From contig JAQGDQ010000401.1 in NCBI GenBank assembly GCA_030141605.1, positions 124,001 through 188,000 of the forward strand: a stretch of 64,000 nucleotides of DNA, read 5' to 3'. Source of the stretch: Tubiluchus corallicola. Lineage: Eukaryota; Animalia; Priapulida. Shown here piece after piece: positions 13,801 through 64,000 of the stretch (its first letter is position 1; the number at the start of each line of letters is the position of its first letter). A program made the translations under genes and the position numbers. The notes below the pieces were generated by a model. The model did no database searches. It was given only the letters and a program-made list of their open reading frames with translations, and was not told where the DNA came from.

Positions 13801-15284
13801 ATGTTGTTTTATTTGCGAATGCAGAGCTTGCGTTGACAGTAACGCTGTATGCGACTTGCAAATTTAAACTCCAGCTATAACTCTTCACTAACTAAGCAAA
13901 AGTATAATTTATTTTATCCTGTTAGTAAGATCGATAGTGTGTTTTTGGTGAACAAGTGACGCACACTGGGGCAGCTTTGTTTTACCAGGTGGCAAGAATA
14001 TTTTAGATTATTAAGAATACCTGTCGTTAATAATAGATCAGTTGCGTCTTCCTTGAAGCGAGTAACATTGTAGCAATCAAAAAATCTCTTTTTGTTTTTT
14101 TTTGGTAAAGAATGCCGCAGGTAAAAAATCAGAGGGGAAAAGGGATTTATATGCACCTAAGAGTGTCCGAAAGCAATGATGCAATGATGCCTTGTGGCAC
14201 CATTAACATGCAATTACCATAAAGTGCATTTACCAATCTTTTGTGTAATTCTGTCGATATTTTTTCATGTTTACATAATATGTACCACAAAACAGTAAAC
14301 AAAAAGACTTAATGAAAAATCAGTATTTCAAAATACCACTATAAGACATAGAAAATGAATATTTAAACAAAGAACAGAGGATTAGTGAATTAAATATTGA
14401 AAAAAGGGTTAGTAAGTGTATATTCCCATATGTATTTTTACACAAAAACACATCAAAATGATCGTAACCATTTTCTGCACCTATTCTAGATGCAGTGGAT
14501 TACAACCTGCCTACGGTAAGCAAAAAACTTTATGAAAATTAAAATAGTGGGCCGCTTTTAATTTTCCAATAGTATTAAGATTAAAGGTGTTCTAGAGGAT
14601 AGAGCTTTTAAAAAATGAACATGAAGATTAAAATCATGTTCGCATTCAATCGGTTCTCCTTGCAAAGTTACATTAGCAAGGCTGACATTCCTAAATGCAT
14701 TTGGAATAAAGTACAGTTTTCGTTTTCGACTAGCCATTATTATACCTAATTATATTTTTCAATAACTCCATTTTTGTATCATCATGTGTCTGTTTTGCTA
14801 ATATACTGCACAATTCACAACATTAGAGAAAACAAAATTGATTGAAATAAGCTGACATGTGTCAATTACTATAATTATGTAAGTGAATAAATATCACACC
14901 TGAACCACCCCCATCTGGAGTTGATATTCCAGAATCTGGATCTGGAACTTCTGGTTTTGGATGAATTGGTGGATAGACTGTAACAACGGAAAAACTAGAT
15001 TTTTTACATGCATGCTACTTGATAAAAGTTGGTTTATTTTATATTTCTAGTATGTTCTATTATTCGTCATTTGATATTATATCGCTGTCTCATATCTTAT
15101 GACTACATGTATACATAATAAAAGCTCTTACGCTGCAAAATGTGAATAGAATAAGGTATGTCCACGTTATAGTCACCTAACCTACGAATTGCAATCAATT
15201 TTATAAAACAAATTTTTTACCTGGGTACCATCCACCAGGATATAGATTACTGAAACTGTATAACGTGTAGCCGTTCCCCGACAT
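10894..15284 (-). CDS. TGase B exons 1-6, open 247-codon frame (N-terminal extension, beta-sandwich, start of core)
   Basis: MSGNGYTLYSFSNLYPGGWYP|VYPPIHPKPEVPDPD..|..HFTDEYDCVINEGRPVIRRG..|..CCVGNW..|..ILFNPWCK|EDSVYLEDDSLRSEYVL..WSFGQ. All splice phases match copy A. Confidence 0.7.
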
Positions 15285-15370
15285 GTTGGTAAAATTGGGG
15301 TTCCTCGAGCATGCGAATTACTCGGGAATGCCAGCTCGCTCTTCTGGTTGCCGATGTTTCTAACGAACCA

Positions 15371-15470
15371 CTCAGAACAAAGCTGAGCCTACAGCTATCT
15401 AACCCACCCAGAACAAAGCTGAGGCTACAGCTATCTAGCCACCCAGAACAAAGCTGAGGCTACAGCTATC
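15371..15470. repeat. ~33-bp tandem repeat x3 upstream of the TGase B start
   Basis: cagaacaaagctgag(c/g)ctacagctatc three times. Confidence 0.9.
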
Positions 15471-15503
15471 AGATTTTACAAAATCCACTCCGAATAAACA
15501 GAA

Positions 15504-15559
15504 TGATGTCACGTGTGATGGCATGCGACGATCAAAAAGCCTTGATACGCGTTGTCAAG
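15504..15559 (-). promoter_or_regulatory. Conserved upstream motifs of TGase B (TGATGTCA; ACGCGTTGTCAAG)
   Basis: The same motifs occur in the same order upstream of copy A (60249-60290). Confidence 0.55.
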
Positions 15560-17331
15560 GTGTAATGTCATGTTTGACTAATATTTAGGTGGGTATGCTA
15601 GAGCTAGAAGTCCGCTAATAATCATTTGCGTACATACTTGTAACTGATTCAATGAATAAAAATAAAAGGGTAAAAATCTCGGATTTACCTTTACATTTTT
15701 AGAGAAAATAGCGTAACGTAGAGCGGATAGTGCTGGTACTGGCGTACTTGTGAAGAAAACGTAAAAAAGCAGTAATAACAGTGACCTATAGAACTAAGTA
15801 ACTCGCCAGATTTCTAATCCATTTCGCAATGCTGGTTGTCATTGCGGAACTGGCGTTGAAGTTGAAAACCCGTCGGCCCACTGAACCGATGATGCCATTT
15901 CATAGCGACAATTTTATACTATGCAATGGCTTCGCATAGACGACACTACCACAATGTAGAAGGCTAAATCAAAAATGACAATGCGCAACGTAACACTAGG
16001 TACACTTGCAACTTGCAATGTGCCTACATCTTACAGATGCTTTAATGCTTACGATTTGGCCTTATGGCGAAAACTGAATTAAACAGGACCCAAGAAACAT
16101 TCAGCAAGATCGGGAGAGAAATTGATGGTTTACAGCAATTTGATCAGTACAGTACCAAATCATCTTATTAATAAGAACTGAAATATAATAAACATTTGAC
16201 ATTCGATGAAGAAGTAAACCGATTTTGATAAGAACAAAAAGAAGTGACTATAGTGCTACTATGAGCGGCTCTATATTCATTGCAGTGATGCTAACTTCAT
16301 TGACGAAGTTGTTTCACGTGTTTTGTGAACTAAACTTGTCTTTGCAGTACTTATGATCGGCACTAATACGTAATAAAAACAATTTATTTTTGTGCATTTT
16401 CGTTCTCTTGTAGTGCTTGAAAGATGTGCAAAGATGCAATTGAATTGGTGACAAGCAGTTTAACACCTGGTAGCTCTCCATGCATTAACTACATGGCAAT
16501 TTAGAATTTTAGCAGAAAATTTGGCTTCTTTCTCCAACTCATTACTCACAATGGGTAATAATTGGTAAAATAAACCGCAATGGTTTATACAAACTCTGGC
16601 AATCATAACTAATTAATAATTTCTGCAAATTTTGGTAAATCTACGGACGTGTTAGGGTAGTAATTCCTCATACACAATTAATTTATTTTTGTGCATTTTA
16701 TGGTCTTTCCGCAATGCAACGATGCAAACGTTTTGCGAACATAAAATACAACTGAAAACTAAAAAACCTTAATTTAAAGAGGTATAGTTATTATGAATTA
16801 ATTGGCAATTAACGCAAGGCAATATTTTACAAATTTAAGTAAGTGTAAGCTTGTTCGAAAATGGTTCGGACAAATTCCGTATGTAACTAACGTTTTAGTT
16901 CTATTCCGAATTTAGATCACAAAAAATCTATTGTCATTTACATAAACACAGAAAAATATCAGTTTTTAACATTTTCGTTTTTTTATAAGTTTATAGCAAT
17001 TTGTTACACTCGAGTTCTGATTTTAGACCATACAAGATCTACTGTATATTCACTGAAGACACAAAAACATAAAATTTCGTTTTTTAACATTTTCTTTTCA
17101 TAAGAGATTGTTTGCTATAGTCCAGGATCATTTAATCAATCTTAGAAAACACTAAAAATGCGATGTAATAAAAAATATCACACGTTTGAAATGAGGAAAT
17201 TCCGTACATCATGACCTTTTTCTTAGATGCACAAATAACAATTGCGAGAGAGATTACTGGCATTTTTTCTTTCTCAGAAATTTTTTATGCCATTAGCAGG
17301 AAATTTTGGAATTGTATGCCTGTTTTAAGGC

Positions 17332-60071
<42,740 letters not shown>

Positions 60072-60248
60072 GTTGCTAGAACTTGGGCAACTCCAGAATT
60101 CGGGTTAATAGAGACTTGAGGAGGCATTCAAGAGCTCAAATTTTAGCTCATCTGGTCGCAGATGTCATTAGCGAACCCGATAGAGCGAGCTCAGATGCAG
60201 AGCCGATGAAGAAATAGTCTCTTCAAAGAGTTAACACTAATAAAGACA

Positions 60249-60290
60249 TGACGTCACGAATGGCAGTATTCTGCCACACGCGTTGTCAAG
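60249..60290 (-). promoter_or_regulatory. CRE/ATF palindrome TGACGTCA plus ACGCGTTGTCAAG, conserved with paralog B
   Basis: 60249-60256 and 60278-60290; counterparts at 15504-15511 and 15547-15559. Confidence 0.6.
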
Positions 60291-63200
60291 ATAATTATGC
60301 TGAGTTTAGATTCTGTGTTTCAGAACATGAAAGTGCAGTACTATAAATAGTATGTATATTTCGTTGGTGCTGCAACAATATTATACGAAAGTGCAGTTAT
60401 GGAAATAATACTTATTGTAGATTTGTAGTGCTAAATGAGTTAACACTCGGCCACATTTCTTTGCAATTTGATCAGAATATTCCAGGATGTTGCCTTATTT
60501 TTCCCTGAGCTGTTTCTTCTGAAACACACTATAGTTTCCCAACAGCTTGACTACAGCATTATTGTCCCTAAAAGGATTTTGATTTTTTTAGTCTTCATAG
60601 GTCCCAGTGATCTTTGATTTATTGAAGTACGCCCAGGTTGGATACAGGGTTCAAAAGTGGTTGAGAAAATATACACCAAGAAGGTATAAATCAGTAATAA
60701 ACTAATATGACTGTTAAAGAATAATTGACTTTCTAATCTTCATAAAAGAAGAGTTTTGCACATAATCATAATCAACTTATGACTCTGATTTCCTGTCGTG
60801 TCAGCTTCTTGGTTTTTCTTAATCCAACAAAGCAAATAAAGATATTTTTGTAAGGAATATTTCAGGGTTCGGTCTATTCAGGTGGAAAACCTTTAATCAT
60901 TTCCCTAGGTTAATTACGCATCTCATTTTCTATTATTTTTTTAAAGTAAAAGAGCAACATAAGCAAAAAATCAAAATAATTTCACGGTGGATAATTGCGA
61001 TAAATCTTTCCAAACCAAACATTCCAAACAGCATCAGAAATAGCAAGTCATTCCTGTTCGTATGTCACTGTTTAAAGAACAAAACACGTTAAGTGATTAT
61101 GAATAATTTGCGTTACATACTGCAATTTTATTTGAGCTGATCAAAAAATTTTGTAGCAATACATAACACATCTACACATCTATAACTAACATGAAAAAAG
61201 GCATTTCTGAAATAAGCGTTACAAAATGTCTCCAAGTGTTATTCTCTTCTCTTCTTTCACTCTTTCAGTCTTTTTTTCTTTTTTCACTCCTTCATCTCCT
61301 CTTGTCTGTCTCTCTCTCTCTCCTCTCTCTCTTTTCTGTCTGTCTTTCCCTTCTCCTCTGTATGTCGTTTTGCTATCTTTATCTGTTTACATAGTCCTCC
61401 TGTTTTTTCTGCCTCATGTGGTGTATTTTTTTTTTAAATTGATTCTTATGAACGCATAGGAGTGAACATAATGACAGGAACTTATGCTGTTCTGCACACT
61501 TCTACAAACTGTTTTTAAAGGATACTGGTCATATTTTATATTGTTTATTGTTTGTGCAGATAATGAAATCCGATGTCGTTAAACTTTGAAATTAATATTT
61601 TCAGTATTTTACAAACTCCGCAAACTAAGTAGCGGTAATAGTTTGCCCATTTTCTTTTCTACCACAGGCATGTGGACGTATCAACAGTTTAAACAGACAA
61701 ATCAAATCGCAAAGAAGCCGTGATTAAGAGGCTCAAGAACTTGAAACCTATTAACTTAATTTTATGCCAACTTGTGCAATTTTACCCATCGGCCTTTACA
61801 CGTCGCCCTCTTGAGTCTGTGATTATGAAACAACATACCTAAAAACTTAATCAACTATCTAGTTACGCTGGATGCATTTCAGTTTTATCTTGAAAACTAC
61901 TTCCGTCAAAAACTGAGTGAAAATTCCACATGTCTTATAGGCAGTTAGCGCCTATAGATTAATACAAGAAATAATGCAACCATGGCATCAGCTACACACT
62001 TGATGTCAGCCATAAGCCAGGTCCTAAACATTTGAAAGAAACTATACACATGATGTCAACTATAGACAGTTGATGTCAACCAAACACTTGATGTGATGAA
62101 TAATAGGTGATGTCCCCATACACATTATGTCAGATATAGACAGGGCCTAGCTTTACAATTATCTAGTTACTAATTATCAACTACAAATTTGAGTTAAGCT
62201 TTTTTATCTTGAATAATCGCTGGAAGAAATTAACCAATTACGTGCAGTTTAACAAATAAAACGCGAAAAAAGCGATTACATCTTATAAGAAACATTACCC
62301 CCATTACCTTACAACTTACCTTATTGCCTTACCTCGTCTTATTACTATTTGAGGTGATTATGTGCTCGGCGACCGTACTTAAAGCAGAAGCCAAGTCTCT
62401 CGGGAAGTTGAACTTATTCTAATGTTCGAGAAAAATTCCAGAAAGTTCAGAAATAAAATTTTGATAAGCCCCTTATATAATAATTACTAATAATAATTAT
62501 TAGTAAAATTGATTCAAAGTCACTGTCACTTGATGTCTGGGCGCACTCGTTTTAGACGAAAAATGGCGTTATCCAGTTTCCTTGCAATATAAACTTATTC
62601 CGTGAGGTGTTTGAGCAATCTTCTTTTGGCTTACAGAGGGAACTCTATAAATAAGCAACCCACCCGGTATCTACTATAAGCTCGCAAGTTTGCATGCGTA
62701 TCTGAAAGTCAACAAACGTCTGTAAATTAATTATGTTTGCACAATTAATGTATACCACTTACACGTTTTACGGTATAATCCTGTGGATTAAGGCTATATA
62801 ACCACTTTAAATTTGGTTATAATTGTCCAAACACAATTAAACATAACGCTAGAATAACGGAACTTCAAAGTGTATTGTAGGAATTTTGCAACGCGTACCT
62901 CCATCACAGCTTGCCTTCACAGCATTCACGCTGCCCAGCAGACACCATTCACATCATTTTTTTCAAACACGCCGGCAGCGACGTTGGTTTGGTGGGAGAT
63001 AAAAAATATTTAAATTTCTTTTTATTTTCAAGTAGAGCATTCTTTGCGCATATATTGTGTGGTGGTTTCAATCTTTTTAATTGTATATTAAAATGCAGTA
63101 AATGTTGTTCGCTGGTTAGGTATTCCTTTAAGAATGCCAAGGCTGATCAGTTAATGGAAACGTGAAACGCTTCGGTTCTCGCTCTGAAAGGTTTCATTCG

Positions 63201-63428
63201 CTATGCTGATTCTGGCTGTTTACCTCGTAGAGGGAGTACATGCACACACACTCAAACGTGGCTAACACCTCTACTGGTTCAGTGGCTCATACTGCAGGTA
63301 TATCTGTGCTAATGAATCAGATTCCAGTCTCGCCACAACTATTTAATGATTCTAACTTGTGTAGGCCTTGCCGCTAAATGTTGGATTCCAACTTGCAGGA
63401 TTCAGAATTCGTTAAAAATATTACTTAC

Positions 63429-63545
63429 CTGACCAAAATTCCAAGATGCTCCGCCTATGCTTTTATAACTGCCAGTGTAAATGATTCCTATGTCACGTAG
63501 GACGTTTTCGTGGCACAATGATGTATCATTAAGATAAACATTGTT
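63429..63545 (-). pseudogene. Orphan exon 6 of a third TGase paralog (C)
   Basis: NVYLNDTSLCHENVLRDIGIIYTGSYKSIGGASWNFGQ|gtaagt. No acceptor, an in-frame TGA just upstream, EYVL changed to ENVL, and no downstream exons seen before copy A. Confidence 0.85.
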
Positions 63546-64000
63546 TCAGCAGTACTTTGACATTACAAATAGTTCAGTACTTTTACTTGTTGCTTCTGTA
63601 CTCTCCTCACTTTAACAAAAGATATTTAGAAATTATGTACAGTAAACACGCAAGATAATAAAACAATATTCTAAAAAACAGGAAAGGTGAACGATAAATA
63701 ACTAAAACACGCAGGTAGGCCTAATGCCTGATACTTATAGTTCTATATGAATATTATATAGATTCGTTTACACTCGTGGGCCATTTTCAAGTATCATAAC
63801 TTTCGAGCAGATGAAAAAAATAAGCCTTAGTTGAGGACTCCATCTTCACGGTGACCGGTGAATTACTTCAAATGTTGCAGTTGTGAAACAACACAGCTAG
63901 TCACTTATAGCTGAAGGTTCCAGAAAATAAGTTTTTCACTGTTGGCGCTCTGTGTTCACCCGAATGTACAGGATTGAGACAGACTTGACACATTTCTCGG

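Larger units (their letters stand above)
5835..15284 (-). pseudogene. Transglutaminase paralog B: catalytic core deleted (probable pseudogene or N-domain-only gene)
   Basis: Exons 1-6 are intact: 15221-15284, 14900-14977, 13564-13709, 12613-12864, 11897-11969, 10894-11021. Only the 3' half of exon 7 remains (~8650-8712). No exons 8-15 found. Exon 16 is broken (6197-6335) and exon 17 is intact (5835-5976). Confidence 0.85.

Noticed and set aside
62890-63165. LGSVNAVKA resembling TGase GPxSVxAVK
   Set aside because: No flanking similarity or compatible splice sites; likely chance.

Overview
AT-rich, intron-rich, repeat-laden animal (probably invertebrate) genomic DNA. The window is dominated by a minus-strand tandem cluster of transglutaminase (TGase) genes. 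Copy A (17332-60071) is complete: 17 exons reconstructed by hand, 790 aa, intact Cys-His-Asp triad, two GC-AG introns. Copy B (5835-15284) has six intact 5' exons and a conserved promoter, but the catalytic exons are missing and the next-to-last exon is decayed. An orphan exon 6 of a third copy lies at 63429-63545. Introns and flanks hold a decayed BEL/Pao LTR element, a long-TIR non-autonomous DNA transposon, several CR1/L2-group LINEs, and mini- and microsatellites. The most unusual element is a near-full-length LINE (about 36340-41823). Its ORF2 starts with a ~240-codon hydrophobic, multi-TM-like region, followed by a 2A-like motif (GIETNPGP) directly ahead of the endonuclease-RT. All coordinates were read by eye, repeat edges are approximate, and no database searches were run.
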